Below are positions 17,483-27,718 of a DNA stretch of 64,000 nucleotides, piece by piece. Origin of the DNA: a virus. Taxonomy: Duplodnaviria > Caudoviricetes. A program made the position numbers and the translations under genes. The notes under the pieces are model-generated. The model was not told the origin of the DNA and did not search any database. It saw only the letters and a list, made by a program, of their open reading frames with translations. The DNA lies in IMG/VR virus record IMGVR_UViG_2974508059_000001, positions 160,001-224,000 of that record, one strand, 5' to 3'. Numbering within the stretch: the stretch's first letter is position 1; every line of letters starts with the position of its first letter.

Positions 17483-17749
17483 ATGAAAACCCCCACCACG
17501 TTAGAACGCGCGGTCGCCCGTGATTTGTTTCTCGCACTGGCATGTGTACTTGGGCAGTTGGCGTATACGTCAATTGCAGTATTGGTACTGTACCATTACA
17601 CGAAAGTGGATCTTGATGATTTGCTAGCGTGGTGGTTTACCTATTTAGGTATTGGTCTTCCTTTAATCACAGCTTACGTGGTTGACTATGTCACCACACT
17701 CGAAGAACGCTCCCACTACGGTCGTCGTCTGGGAGACATTAAGCAGTAA
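17483..17749 (+). CDS. Membrane protein
   Basis: Two hydrophobic helices. Confidence 0.7.
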   Translation: MKTPTTLERAVARDLFLALACVLGQLAYTSIAVLVLYHYTKVDLDDLLAWWFTYLGIGLPLITAYVVDYVTTLEERSHYGRRLGDIKQ

Positions 17750-17779
17750 ACCCTCATCTACCTTTAAGGATACTTTATC

Positions 17780-18700
17780 ATGTCTTTACCTTTAGTCGTT
17801 ATCGAGCAACTGGCCCGTACCCTGCGTAACCGCGAAACCACCATCGCCCTGCAAGCCATGAACGCCTATACCCGTATCGCACGTCGTGCGCTGCTGGCCG
17901 TGGGTCAGTTCACTGCCGTCGACGCCATGGAAGTTTACACCAGCCGTGTCCATGACGTGCTGCCACTGCCGTTTGCTGAGCACACCTTCTCTGATGACCA
18001 CTCTTACGTCAAGTTCGATTCCCACCATCTGGTACCCAACGACGGTGTACGCACCGGCCCGGTTGAGTGGATGATTGTTGCCCGTGGTGACCTCGGTGTG
18101 AGCTATGTGCTGGCTGCGCAAGACCCGCATGTTTTCAATCCGGGTGAGCTGGTTGCGCCAATCGACTTGGCGGCGTACGAACGTGAAACCCCAGTCAAGT
18201 ACAACAACCTGATTCTGGCGTCGAACGTTGCCATCTACATCATTGATAGCTGGGCAGATGCCGCAGTGATTCTGAACGGCCTGTTCAACCCGGTCGGTAA
18301 CGAACAGTTCACCATTGACGTTACGGTGGATATTGCGCCAAAAGAACCAGAGCAGACCACCGCCGAACTGACGCTGCCGGGCACGCATGTGCATCCAAAC
18401 GGCGTCTCTATTCTGGGTGGCGTGCAGAAGAGCAGCGGTGTGACGATTGATCTGCCAGAAGACTTCACCGCAGAGCAACGCGGTCTGGTAATCGAATACG
18501 TTGAATCGTTGGCGGCTAAAACTTCTGCGCCGGCCGATGAGAAAGACGCCGCAGTGGATGCGCTGGTTAGCCGCCTGTACACCCTGTACGGTGCGGACTT
18601 CCGTAAACTGCTGGGTCGTATTGACGGTAACGTGTCGGATATCAAAATCCGCAAAGCGTTCAAAGACTACTTCGTTGCGAAGTGGAACCTGAACAAATAA
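17780..18700 (+). CDS. Hypothetical protein
   Basis: AAGGA SD, 306 aa. Confidence 0.85.
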   Translation: MSLPLVVIEQLARTLRNRETTIALQAMNAYTRIARRALLAVGQFTAVDAMEVYTSRVHDVLPLPFAEHTFSDDHSYVKFDSHHLVPNDGVRTGPVEWMIVARGDLGVSYVLAAQDPHVFNPGELVAPIDLAAYERETPVKYNNLILASNVAIYIIDSWADAAVILNGLFNPVGNEQFTIDVTVDIAPKEPEQTTAELTLPGTHVHPNGVSILGGVQKSSGVTIDLPEDFTAEQRGLVIEYVESLAAKTSAPADEKDAAVDALVSRLYTLYGADFRKLLGRIDGNVSDIKIRKAFKDYFVAKWNLNK

Positions 18701-18750
18701 AATAAAGGTGACCCACTCCTTCGGGAGTGGGCACTGCCTTTCTTATTTTT
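18701..18750. terminator. Bidirectional terminator between convergent genes
   Basis: A-rich flank, CCCACTCC-TTCG-GGAGTGGG, T-rich flank. Confidence 0.85.
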
Positions 18751-19378
18751 TTGCCTCGGGAGCGTTCTCGGCATTAGCAGCAACAATCGCCATCAGGCTA
18801 TCATTGAGCTTTTGCAGTTCGGCATTACGAGACAAGGCATTCTCCAGTTGCTCAGACAGCGGAATCGTTTCGCGAATCCGGGCTTTGCGTTCAGCTTCCA
18901 TACGTACGTGGTCTTCATCACTGATAACCCCCTCGTACGCAAGCGTGGTCACACTGGCGGTGACCTGCACACCCAATCCCTTTGCCAACACAGCCACAGC
19001 ATCGGCATTCATCGCATTGATATCCACGTAGTCCGGTACCGGGCCACAATCCCACACCAACACATTCCTTACGTAACTGACCCCGGCAGCACCGGGGTAG
19101 GTTTCGATGTAGGTATCGGGGATAAACACCAACTGTCCGTCATTGGACTTAAAGGTGATTATCGAGGCCCCGACTTTGGCATCCTCCAAGTAATCGCTGT
19201 TGCTGATTCCCAGCGGGGCGTAATACTTGGCGTACGGGTCTTCGTTACGGCGCACCACGTCAGCGAAGTTCGAGATGGCATCCACCCGGAACATCACATC
19301 TTGCGGTAAACTAAACGGGGTGTTGACTTTAAAGATACCCTCGGTGTTTACCGGGGGCGTCAAGGGTATACGCGCCAT
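18743..19378 (-). CDS. Probable virion structural protein
   Basis: GGAGG SD, 211 aa, C-terminal coiled coil; co-oriented with the 460-aa gene, opposite to accessory genes. Confidence 0.6.
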   Translation of the reverse strand: MARIPLTPPVNTEGIFKVNTPFSLPQDVMFRVDAISNFADVVRRNEDPYAKYYAPLGISNSDYLEDAKVGASIITFKSNDGQLVFIPDTYIETYPGAAGVSYVRNVLVWDCGPVPDYVDINAMNADAVAVLAKGLGVQVTASVTTLAYEGVISDEDHVRMEAERKARIRETIPLSEQLENALSRNAELQKLNDSLMAIVAANAENAPEAKK

Positions 19379-19388
19379 TTAGCCTCCC

Positions 19389-20771
19389 TTAGCTATTGGT
19401 GGGTGCAGCAGGTGTACCCCAGACCGCTTTGCGGGCGACGATACGATACTCCACGTTCTGGTATTCGAACACAAAGAAGTAGAGTGCCGGGTCCGTGTCG
19501 TCCACGAGTTTCACCACATCCAACGGCGTGTCGTACGGGTGGTATTCTTCGGCCGCAACCAGTGCTTGGAAGAACAGCTTCAGCCACTCCGTTGTGTTCT
19601 TCGACACACGAGCAATATCTGCGTTCTGGGTAGAGATAAGTGCGTAGTCAGGGATGACCTTGTTTAAGGTATCCTTGTCAATCGCATTCTCTGGCCCCGC
19701 AATCACTGCACATGACAGTGACTTATAAATGCTCGGGAAGAATTGCACATCGGTTGTCGGTTTCGGCAACTCGTTGGAATTTTTTTGTGCGACGGTTTGT
19801 GCGCCCCACTCACCAAACGCTGTAACGGCATCCGCAAGAAAATCATATGGGAGGATGGGCGAATACAATGCCGCAATGTCTTCTTCGTTGGGCACTCCTC
19901 GGATGGCCCAACCCGGCACGAACGTGAACTTGGTCGTGGTGAAGATTTCTGGAAACACTTTCACCCAATCCGACACCGGGTAGTCAGAGTTCTCGAGGAT
20001 GTACTCTCGCAGTGCCTCTTTCTGCTTGGTCGGATTTAGCCCCGCACGACCATAGATGAGTAGGGAGATGGGGACCAACAACGTTGCATCGTAGTCCTCA
20101 CGATCGTGCCATGTATAATTATGGGTCACCAGTGCGGTGTACGGGTAGCCGGCCGCACGGGCATTGATGGCATTATGATGGTCGGGTAAGTTAAACGCCT
20201 CCATCGCTTTCGCCACCGCAGATTTGACACCCATGAACACATCCACCGGTGAGATGGGCATTTGGGGATAAATCTCACAACCGGTGTAGTTCTGACTGAA
20301 GTCGGCATCGTCGAACCAAACGATAATGGTGTTATCCACATCGCTTGGGTCTTCTACCCCCGACGCCGTGACTTCTAATTTCCAGCTGACCCAACGCGGG
20401 AACCAGTTCGAGCCCGAGGCAATCATGGAACCCGATTGAACATCGCCAATCGTGGTACTGAATTGACCTAACAGGAGACGCTGGAATTCAACTTCATCAT
20501 TTTTGAAGTTACCATTAATGGACTGGGTGTAAATCCATTGACTCAAAGTTAAGATGTGGTCTGAAAAGACCGAAGGAACAGTGATCGTTGTTTTGTCACG
20601 CTTCGATGTGAAGGAAACCAACTCCACCTGAAGGCCTGCTTTGGTGAAGTATTGTTTGCTGCGCGCGAAGGAATGTGACAGTTCTGACAGCTCGCCCACG
20701 ACCGCTGTCTGACCGGGTTCGTTGTTAATTAGCGCCCCGATTTGGATAAAGCCTTGTATATCTAAACTCAT
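19389..20771 (-). CDS. Probable virion structural protein
   Basis: 460 aa; position next to exonuclease and RNase H recalls structural genes of phiKZ-like phages. Confidence 0.6.
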   Translation of the reverse strand: MSLDIQGFIQIGALINNEPGQTAVVGELSELSHSFARSKQYFTKAGLQVELVSFTSKRDKTTITVPSVFSDHILTLSQWIYTQSINGNFKNDEVEFQRLLLGQFSTTIGDVQSGSMIASGSNWFPRWVSWKLEVTASGVEDPSDVDNTIIVWFDDADFSQNYTGCEIYPQMPISPVDVFMGVKSAVAKAMEAFNLPDHHNAINARAAGYPYTALVTHNYTWHDREDYDATLLVPISLLIYGRAGLNPTKQKEALREYILENSDYPVSDWVKVFPEIFTTTKFTFVPGWAIRGVPNEEDIAALYSPILPYDFLADAVTAFGEWGAQTVAQKNSNELPKPTTDVQFFPSIYKSLSCAVIAGPENAIDKDTLNKVIPDYALISTQNADIARVSKNTTEWLKLFFQALVAAEEYHPYDTPLDVVKLVDDTDPALYFFVFEYQNVEYRIVARKAVWGTPAAPTNS

Positions 20772-20795
20772 TATAAAAATACCTCGAGGTGAGCA

Positions 20796-21296
20796 ATGTT
20801 AGCATCACTGTTAAAATTACTTCCAATCTTGCAGTTGCTGATGGAAGTCTTTCGGCCGGGTGACGGTGAGAAGGTTACCCGCACAGCAAAAATTACTTCA
20901 CTTGCAATGACGTTAATCTTGGTCTATTCCGGCTTCGTCTCGTACCTGTACTTCCAGCAGTATCATTTACTGGTGCAGGTGCGCGAGCACGATCGCTACA
21001 TGGCGACCGGATACGACGAGAAAAAAGGCCTGGCTGACAAGCAGGCCGATGACATAAGAGACCTGTACAGGCAACTGTTTGTCTGCTTGGGCAAGGAGCC
21101 ATATGATAGTTCGAAGAGTGCACCTGTAACGATGTCTACCATGCCCCCACCTCCGGTGGTTGCGCCCGAAGTGCCGGTTCACTCAGACCCAGCACCCGTA
21201 AAGAAGCGCGAAGCAGCCAAACGCCCCGTTGGGGTGGCTGAGACCAACATGTTTCGTCAATCCATAATCGACCATCTCAATGGGGAAATAAAATGA
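20796..21296 (+). CDS. Putative i-spanin (Rz-like)
   Basis: Single TM helix, helical periplasmic part with Cys, Pro-rich linker; overlaps downstream lipoprotein gene. Confidence 0.55.
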   Translation: MLASLLKLLPILQLLMEVFRPGDGEKVTRTAKITSLAMTLILVYSGFVSYLYFQQYHLLVQVREHDRYMATGYDEKKGLADKQADDIRDLYRQLFVCLGKEPYDSSKSAPVTMSTMPPPPVVAPEVPVHSDPAPVKKREAAKRPVGVAETNMFRQSIIDHLNGEIK

Positions 21297-21763
21297 AACC
21301 TTTCTGTCTGGGGGCACTCCTGCTGTTGTTGGCAGGCTGTGTCCCTCACGACAAAGGTACCCCGCTGCAACCGCAGCGGGCATGGCCGACGAGGCAGCTA
21401 GACAGCCCACCAGTGGCCGCGAAATATCCTTTGGGTAACGACGATCAGAAAGCGTTTGAGACATATGTTATCGACGTGAACATCTATGCGTATTATGTCT
21501 ACACGTACGCACGTAACCTTAACGAATATGTCGCCGCGCGTGGTTGGCATCCACCTCGGGTCGCACCTTTGTGTGAAGAGTTTGAAACACCGGACCTCCA
21601 TCCGATTCCAGACCGCATTACGCTTGACCGCAACTCACGAACCCCGGAGCAGATTAGTCAGGACATCGCTAATCAGTTTCGTCAAATTCTTGAGAACTAC
21701 CGGGCAGACCGTAAGGCGTTTCGGCATAACTTCTCACAGCACGAGCAGACTTGTTTAAACTAA
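21293..21763 (+). CDS. Lipoprotein, putative o-spanin (Rz1-like)
   Basis: Lipobox LLAG-C, Pro-rich segment, additional Cys. Confidence 0.6.
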   Translation: MKPFCLGALLLLLAGCVPHDKGTPLQPQRAWPTRQLDSPPVAAKYPLGNDDQKAFETYVIDVNIYAYYVYTYARNLNEYVAARGWHPPRVAPLCEEFETPDLHPIPDRITLDRNSRTPEQISQDIANQFRQILENYRADRKAFRHNFSQHEQTCLN

Positions 21764-21768
21764 GCGTA

Positions 21769-21809
21769 TCCTCCACCTCCTTCGGGCGGTGGAGGGTATC
21801 TTTTATTTT
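21769..21809 (+). terminator. Intrinsic terminator
   Basis: CCTCCACC...TTCG...GGTGGAGG plus T-rich tail. Confidence 0.75.
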
Positions 21810-21830
21810 ACATCATCAACATTTCTAATG
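21806..21830 (+). promoter_or_regulatory. Putative middle promoter variant TTTTAC-N15-AATG
   Basis: Same spacing as other copies. Confidence 0.45.
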
Positions 21831-21853
21831 TATATCCAATGGAGCGCAAAATA

Positions 21854-22552
21854 ATGCAAAACGTAGTTATCCCCTCAATTGTAGTAGGCACAGACGTTGA
21901 AACCAAGTCGTTACGACCGGATGCGTATATCCTGAGTATTGGCTTGGCTGCGTTCGATATCGCAACTCTGCGCCTAATTGGGGCGTCGTATCAGGCCATC
22001 GATCCTAACGATGCAGACGCCGATCGTGTCTTCCATACTGACCCTGCAACTATCGGTTGGTGGGAAGGTAAAGATAATCCGGACTATGCTCCGTCTGAAG
22101 CCGCTCGCAAAGAAGCGTTCTCAGGCACCACGAACATCAAAGATGCACTTTGGACGGCTAAGAAGTTCCTCGACGATTTGGGGAATAAGCCGATCGTATT
22201 GGCTATGCGTGGCCCAGACTTTGATTCACCGATTTTGATGAACGCCTTCGCCCAGTGCGATGTGCCACCGGGTAAGTTCCGTAAGTTTTCTATGCTGGAC
22301 TCTGACCGTACCACAGAACGTCTGGCACATGCGTTTGGTCTGCAACCGGATATGGAAGCAGAAGCCCACAACTGGACACGCGGCAAAGACTTCGTCCTGC
22401 ACCACTCAGGTTTCGATGCTGCTAAAGAAGGGTATCTGACGGCACGTTTCTATCACCTTGCGCTAGTTGCGCGTACGCACGGTTTCCCGCGCATGCTGGA
22501 AGCTCACGAGCAAATGCGTACCGGTGAGTACATCCCGACGATGTTCCTGTAA
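21854..22552 (+). CDS. DEDD-family 3'-5' exonuclease
   Basis: DVET (ExoI), GPDFD (ExoII), HHSGFDA (ExoIII). Confidence 0.82.
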   Translation: MQNVVIPSIVVGTDVETKSLRPDAYILSIGLAAFDIATLRLIGASYQAIDPNDADADRVFHTDPATIGWWEGKDNPDYAPSEAARKEAFSGTTNIKDALWTAKKFLDDLGNKPIVLAMRGPDFDSPILMNAFAQCDVPPGKFRKFSMLDSDRTTERLAHAFGLQPDMEAEAHNWTRGKDFVLHHSGFDAAKEGYLTARFYHLALVARTHGFPRMLEAHEQMRTGEYIPTMFL

Positions 22553-22562
22553 GAGAGGATTA

Positions 22563-24083
22563 ATGAAAGAGTACGACGTCGCCGTGCTATACACGGACGG
22601 GAGTCACACCACTGCCCCCTTAGGTTCGGGGGCGGGTATTCATGGCTACCTGTACAATAAAGCTGATTTTAAATCAGAACGTGGCTATTTCGCCGACGGG
22701 GTACCGGAGGCGGTTACGCCAGAAGAGTACCAAATCATTTCGCAGGCGGAGAAATTGCCTGCTATGCCTGAGGGCTTAGTCGAATGGGTTAACTGCACGA
22801 TTCCTGTACCCAAAGAACAATTCTCGGATGTCGGTGAACTGGTGGCCTTTATCTCGGCCTTTGATGGTGCACCGTTTAAGGCAAAGAAATACGTTATCCA
22901 CGTGGATGCGACCTACGTACTGAACTCCTTCAATAAGTGGCTGGAAGGTTGGGCCAGTCGGGGTTGGTTACGGGCTGACGGGACACCGGTTGCGAACCTC
23001 AAACTGATGCAGCGTATCTGGGAGCTCAAACAGGGCTTCAAGAAAGACGGCATCTCAGTTAAGGTCGTGAAGATTAAAGGGCACTCTGACCGCTACGGCA
23101 ACGACCAAGCGGATAAGATGGCCCGTCTTGGTTCGACTATGACGGCGACGTTTGAGAATGTGGAGTATCGCCCATTCTGGACAACCGAAGAGATGCCTGC
23201 GAAGGAAGAGAAAGAGCAGGCAGTCGATGTTGGTATCAATCTCTCTTTACTGCCGGCTATCAACACGCAGAAGTTCCACTACGTGCAGGTGAATGAACCC
23301 CACCCGATGTGCACCGTGAACGGCGAGCAGTGGTATTATCTGTCCTCAGGCAACCATGCCAAAGACAAAGACGATATCGTGCTGCTTGGGAAGATGATTC
23401 CCGATGCGATGTTCTCGGTGACCTTTGCTAAGAAACCGTGGGAGAACCTTTACTTCCTCGCCAACGCCCATGCCAACACCGCGTGGCAGGACACCCCGGC
23501 ACTGAAGCGGTTTGACCCGATTGCGATCATCACCGGTGATTTCCTGAAGCGTAAGAAGTTTCAGGAGGCGTGCAAGGAGGGAATACCGATTGAGCGCATG
23601 ACCTTCTCAGAAGACCGCAACGTGTGGTTCTTTGAGGACTTGGCCATCAGTCGTATTCTGCGCCCTGCGCTGCTGTCGTATCGGGCGATTGGTTTTCGTG
23701 ACGAACTGGCTCAGATGCTGAAGTCGGTCATGCAAAAGGAAGCGCATATCGTTTTAAACGACATCACCGATCTTCTCTTTGATGAGAAGGGGAAACCTTC
23801 CAAAGAGGTCTACCGTAACGTTGATAAGTCGTTTGAGATTCAGGCGAAGATTCCCTTCAACGACACGCAAACCATTCCCATCATCCTGACGCGAGGTATT
23901 GACCTACCGCAACGTACCGACATTAACCGCATCAAAGAACCCACTGGTCGCTTCTACGTGGCTTGCTGGCGTCCTGAGGAGCGTTACGTGCGTTATGCAG
24001 TGATTTATCTCGGGGAAGAGTATAACGGGTTATGGATAGCCTACTACGCTGCAAACCGCATCCTGCCGACTGACATTAAGTGA
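22563..24083 (+). CDS. rnhA: RNase HI with long C-terminal extension
   Basis: LYTDGS, GELVA, VDATYV, GWLRADGTPVAN, KGHS...GNDQADKMA. Confidence 0.88.
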   Translation: MKEYDVAVLYTDGSHTTAPLGSGAGIHGYLYNKADFKSERGYFADGVPEAVTPEEYQIISQAEKLPAMPEGLVEWVNCTIPVPKEQFSDVGELVAFISAFDGAPFKAKKYVIHVDATYVLNSFNKWLEGWASRGWLRADGTPVANLKLMQRIWELKQGFKKDGISVKVVKIKGHSDRYGNDQADKMARLGSTMTATFENVEYRPFWTTEEMPAKEEKEQAVDVGINLSLLPAINTQKFHYVQVNEPHPMCTVNGEQWYYLSSGNHAKDKDDIVLLGKMIPDAMFSVTFAKKPWENLYFLANAHANTAWQDTPALKRFDPIAIITGDFLKRKKFQEACKEGIPIERMTFSEDRNVWFFEDLAISRILRPALLSYRAIGFRDELAQMLKSVMQKEAHIVLNDITDLLFDEKGKPSKEVYRNVDKSFEIQAKIPFNDTQTIPIILTRGIDLPQRTDINRIKEPTGRFYVACWRPEERYVRYAVIYLGEEYNGLWIAYYAANRILPTDIK

Positions 24084-24090
24084 GGTCTTT

Positions 24091-24828
24091 ATGCTGCGTG
24101 TTTTTAGTCACGTATTGACGCTACACAGCGACAAGTTAGTTGAAGCCTTGGCCGAGTATTACGCACTGACGTTTTACCGCTACGGCAAAGCCATGAAGCT
24201 TACCCCAACGGAGCAGAAGGCGATTGAGGAAACCACCACTGCGGCAGCGCGGTGGATGGTGGCCAACATCCTGCTGGAAGGGATAGCGCTGGCAAACGCC
24301 CGGACACATCTCTCGCCGTCATTGAAAAGCTTCGATGTTTATGGCGATGCGATGGCTGATTACTTCACCGACCCCGCGTTAGAGAACCACCTGTCGCCGA
24401 GTGTGACCGTGGGTGAGTTCTTTGCCCACATCGTTTCTACCCGACCCCTCTCGGCGTTGCTGGAAGGGGCGATGAAATGGTTCGTCGATCAGTTCATGGA
24501 CGAGGTGTATAACCTGCTGGGGAAAGACTCCTTCTCGATTGATAAGTACACGGGTATCTACATGACCCGCGACATGCTTATCAAGCAGATGGAAAACCAT
24601 AAGGTTATCCTGCCGTTCATTGAGCCGTTGGAGTGGACGTTCATTGCCATCGTCAAATGTGAAGATGCGCATGAAGCAGTGCTGGGTCTCGACCACGCGT
24701 TTGTCGTGCAGGGCGATGCGTTTATCCTGCCGGAAACTTTCCCCACCATGATTGCCCCCGTGCCGGGTGAGGATGTCGAAGTCTACGAGCTTCTGCCCCG
24801 TATCGTTGAGGAGCTGAAAAAGCTTTAA
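24091..24828 (+). CDS. Hypothetical protein (possible paralog of 24869)
   Basis: GAGG SD; MLRV start. Confidence 0.8.
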   Translation: MLRVFSHVLTLHSDKLVEALAEYYALTFYRYGKAMKLTPTEQKAIEETTTAAARWMVANILLEGIALANARTHLSPSLKSFDVYGDAMADYFTDPALENHLSPSVTVGEFFAHIVSTRPLSALLEGAMKWFVDQFMDEVYNLLGKDSFSIDKYTGIYMTRDMLIKQMENHKVILPFIEPLEWTFIAIVKCEDAHEAVLGLDHAFVVQGDAFILPETFPTMIAPVPGEDVEVYELLPRIVEELKKL

Positions 24829-24847
24829 GATAGATATTATCTCCGTG
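24828..24847 (+). promoter_or_regulatory. Putative early promoter
   Basis: AGATAGATATTATCTCCGTG. Confidence 0.7.
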
Positions 24848-24868
24848 GTAAATCGTTAGGAGTCATTT

Positions 24869-25588
24869 ATGTTACGTGTGGTTATGCCCGAACTCTTTCA
24901 GTTTACAACGCCTACCGCGACGAAGCTGTTTGAGAAGATATGGGATCGCTACTGCCCGGAGAAGCTTGCTACTCGACCTGAACTGTGGGTACGCCGAGAT
25001 GAGTTCTATCTGGGCGCTTTCCCACTGTTCGTTAAAACGTTTGCAGTGGCCATTACCGGGATGTTGGATGCGGTCAACCTTGGTCGTGATTTTGACATTC
25101 ACGAGTTGGAATTTAGCTACGAGGATATTTATAACGATTATCAGCATGAGGAATTCGACGGTGAGATGGAAGGGGAAGTGTTACTCTTCATGAACTTCGT
25201 CGAAGGTGTGTTGGGTGAGAAGGACAAGTTCTTAAACGAGCTGGCGGATAAACTGACAGGGGCGTATCAGAACCTGTTGGCACTGCGCAAGCAACACGAC
25301 ATCGTTGGCTTTTGGCTGGATGTCTATTCGATGGACATGCGCATCTGGGAAGACAACCCGTCGGTGTTCGCTATTCAGAACGGGGACTTTGAACCGCAGT
25401 GGCATGACCGTTACACCACCGGCCCCGGCAGTATGTTCTACGAGCTTTCAAAAGACGACGGTATGGAGTTCTACCTGTGGATGGATTGCATCGTGGCCGA
25501 GTCGCCACGCATCACGATTCCCGAAGGCGAACCGGTAACGTTGTGTCATTTAACCCATGAAGCCATTGCCTTTATGGAACCCGTCTAA
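24869..25588 (+). CDS. Hypothetical acidic protein
   Basis: AGGAG SD; MLRV start. Confidence 0.8.
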   Translation: MLRVVMPELFQFTTPTATKLFEKIWDRYCPEKLATRPELWVRRDEFYLGAFPLFVKTFAVAITGMLDAVNLGRDFDIHELEFSYEDIYNDYQHEEFDGEMEGEVLLFMNFVEGVLGEKDKFLNELADKLTGAYQNLLALRKQHDIVGFWLDVYSMDMRIWEDNPSVFAIQNGDFEPQWHDRYTTGPGSMFYELSKDDGMEFYLWMDCIVAESPRITIPEGEPVTLCHLTHEAIAFMEPV

Positions 25589-25610
25589 AATAAATCGTAA
25601 GGAGTAATAC

Positions 25611-25991
25611 ATGAAACTGAATGACCTGATTGCAACGATGATCAAAACCAGTCGGAAGAACACCACTTTTGAGGGGGGGCTGATTCTCCTCACGGTTGAC
25701 CAGAATGCCGAGCCGCTAGTGCGCCTCCAACTTCCGGACGCGCTGGTCGCGGAACCCAACGATCGTGGTCTGCTGCGTACCCTGCGTGAGGACAGTGTGC
25801 GTGACCGTACTGATTGGCCGCGGGTTGTGGTGTGGTGTCACAATCCGCACATCTCCCTTGGTAATGAAGCTGACATTGTGCTTCACGTCTGGAAGGATGG
25901 CGACGATGTCAAAGTTCGCTGCGAGAAGTTCCGCAGCCTGATGGACCGCCCAAGCGATGTGTGGACACTCGGGGAAGAAGCTACCGCGTAA
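25611..25991 (+). CDS. Hypothetical protein
   Basis: AAGGAG SD. Confidence 0.8.
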   Translation: MKLNDLIATMIKTSRKNTTFEGGLILLTVDQNAEPLVRLQLPDALVAEPNDRGLLRTLREDSVRDRTDWPRVVVWCHNPHISLGNEADIVLHVWKDGDDVKVRCEKFRSLMDRPSDVWTLGEEATA

Positions 25992-26003
25992 CCTGATTGA
26001 GGA

Positions 26004-26450
26004 GTGGTGATGTTAACCGTTCAAAGCGAAACACTGATGAACGTGGATAGGCTCTTCCTCCGTAAGTACGATAAGATAATCGCCGCCGAGCCCCTTAACT
26101 GGACCCGTGTGGCGGTTAAATATTTTTTAATGCGTACGGTACTGGGCGATCGGGATATTGCAGGTGAGGAGTTGGTGACAGCAGTCCAAGAAACCAAAGC
26201 CTGCTGGGTGGAGGCCGGTCTACCTGATATCAGTTGGTTTCGGGTAAACCAGTTCTTGCTTTACCTCGGGCAGTTCTCGCAGCATCCCATCCACGCACTT
26301 AACCACGAGCTGCAACGTATGCTCGAACAGAATTACGTTGAAATACAATACAGTGCCCACAATCTGGTCTTCAATCAGTATCAGGTTGTTCGCGCAACTG
26401 ACTTGTTGATGTCCCATGCATTATTGGAGCCTTTCAATGCAGCAAGTTAA
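26004..26450 (+). CDS. Hypothetical protein
   Basis: GAGGAG SD. Confidence 0.75.
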   Translation: MVMLTVQSETLMNVDRLFLRKYDKIIAAEPLNWTRVAVKYFLMRTVLGDRDIAGEELVTAVQETKACWVEAGLPDISWFRVNQFLLYLGQFSQHPIHALNHELQRMLEQNYVEIQYSAHNLVFNQYQVVRATDLLMSHALLEPFNAAS

Positions 26451-27069
26451 GATGCACATCCTCATGTCGTTGGAATCTTATCTCAAAGGTCTGTCGTTTC
26501 ATGAGGAGGCCGTGAAAACTGCCTACCTTATTGTTGCAAGAGAAATCGCAAAGCAGGATTACATCGAAGATTGGGCACCCCTTTCCGGAATGTGGCAGGC
26601 GATGCGCTTTATTGTTCACGAGGGCGGCCTTGAACTCGCCTTGGCCGAAGAGTACGTCGAGCCGCGGATGGTGAAAAAAGTACGTCAGCTTCTCTTAGCT
26701 TTGATGGGGGACTTTGATAACTTTCCGCGACACTCCATGGATGTGAACCGCAGTTACCTCGGTAGCGTCAGTGAAGTGAAAGCCGCACTCGACATGCCGC
26801 TTGTGTTTGCGCGGGATGAAGACCTGCTGAATCACAACCTGTGGTTTGCCGGTTCCATGGAGAGTCCATGCTACGTGGAAGAGCGGGAGATTATCAGCTC
26901 AGAACAAGAGTGGGGTAATCTGGTTGTCAAATACCCACACGGTCCGTATATGTGGCGAGCCGATTGGGATGCGTTTGTACCGCGTGCTGACTCGATGCGT
27001 CACAAGCACGTTATGATTCTTGATGTTGAAGCAGAGCGTGAGCGTTTCTACGCGCTCTTTAAGGAGTAA
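26437..27069 (+). CDS. Hypothetical protein
   Basis: GGAG SD before MQQVKMHILMSL. Confidence 0.75.
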   Translation: MQQVKMHILMSLESYLKGLSFHEEAVKTAYLIVAREIAKQDYIEDWAPLSGMWQAMRFIVHEGGLELALAEEYVEPRMVKKVRQLLLALMGDFDNFPRHSMDVNRSYLGSVSEVKAALDMPLVFARDEDLLNHNLWFAGSMESPCYVEEREIISSEQEWGNLVVKYPHGPYMWRADWDAFVPRADSMRHKHVMILDVEAERERFYALFKE

Positions 27070-27071
27070 CC

Positions 27072-27674
27072 ATGCAAGTCATTTTAAACATGGCTCTCGG
27101 TGAACAGGCTAACCAAATCAGCGAACTGATGGTCGACCTGCGTAAAGACCTGAACTTTGAGCTGCACGACATTATCAGTAAATACGAACGCAGTCTGCGC
27201 GAGGACACCGACAAAGTGCACCACGTTGTTGATGCTCCGAAGATTGTCGATGAGTTAACCGCGCTGATTGTTGACCAAGCCAAGGACGTGTTGCAAAAGA
27301 CGTTCACCATTGGCATCAACGGTTGGGACACCGTGGATGAGCTGGCCCTGCGGGTAGAAGAAGCGTTCACGAAGGGGGTAACGGACTTAGAAAGTTACGT
27401 GCACCTGAATGCCCACGAAACCTTTGTGGCCTGTGGCAACTCCGGTGAACGCACACTGACGTTCCAAATGGAATCGCTCCACGATCTCTTTGGGGCAACC
27501 GACACCATGAAGGTGGAAGGCATTGTGATGAAAGCCAAAGAGAAGGTTGGCATCCTTGCCCGTCAGGAAATGGAAACCCTTCTGAGCAAGCTCCAACTGT
27601 ACAAACTGACGCCAGAGCAAGTGGATGGTGTTCATGAGATGGGCCGTGGTGAAATGACCGTTAGTCGTTTCTAA
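27072..27674 (+). CDS. Helical acidic protein, array member (MQVILNM)
   Basis: AAGGAG SD; shared N-terminal strand pattern. Confidence 0.8.
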   Translation: MQVILNMALGEQANQISELMVDLRKDLNFELHDIISKYERSLREDTDKVHHVVDAPKIVDELTALIVDQAKDVLQKTFTIGINGWDTVDELALRVEEAFTKGVTDLESYVHLNAHETFVACGNSGERTLTFQMESLHDLFGATDTMKVEGIVMKAKEKVGILARQEMETLLSKLQLYKLTPEQVDGVHEMGRGEMTVSRF

Positions 27675-27718
27675 GAAAGGCGCAGTTAATAATCAACTTC
27701 AACGAGTAAGGATAAATC

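Noticed and set aside
17171-17749. Two membrane proteins as holin/antiholin
   Set aside because: Separated from the transglycosylase by another gene and a terminator; hydrophobicity alone is not diagnostic
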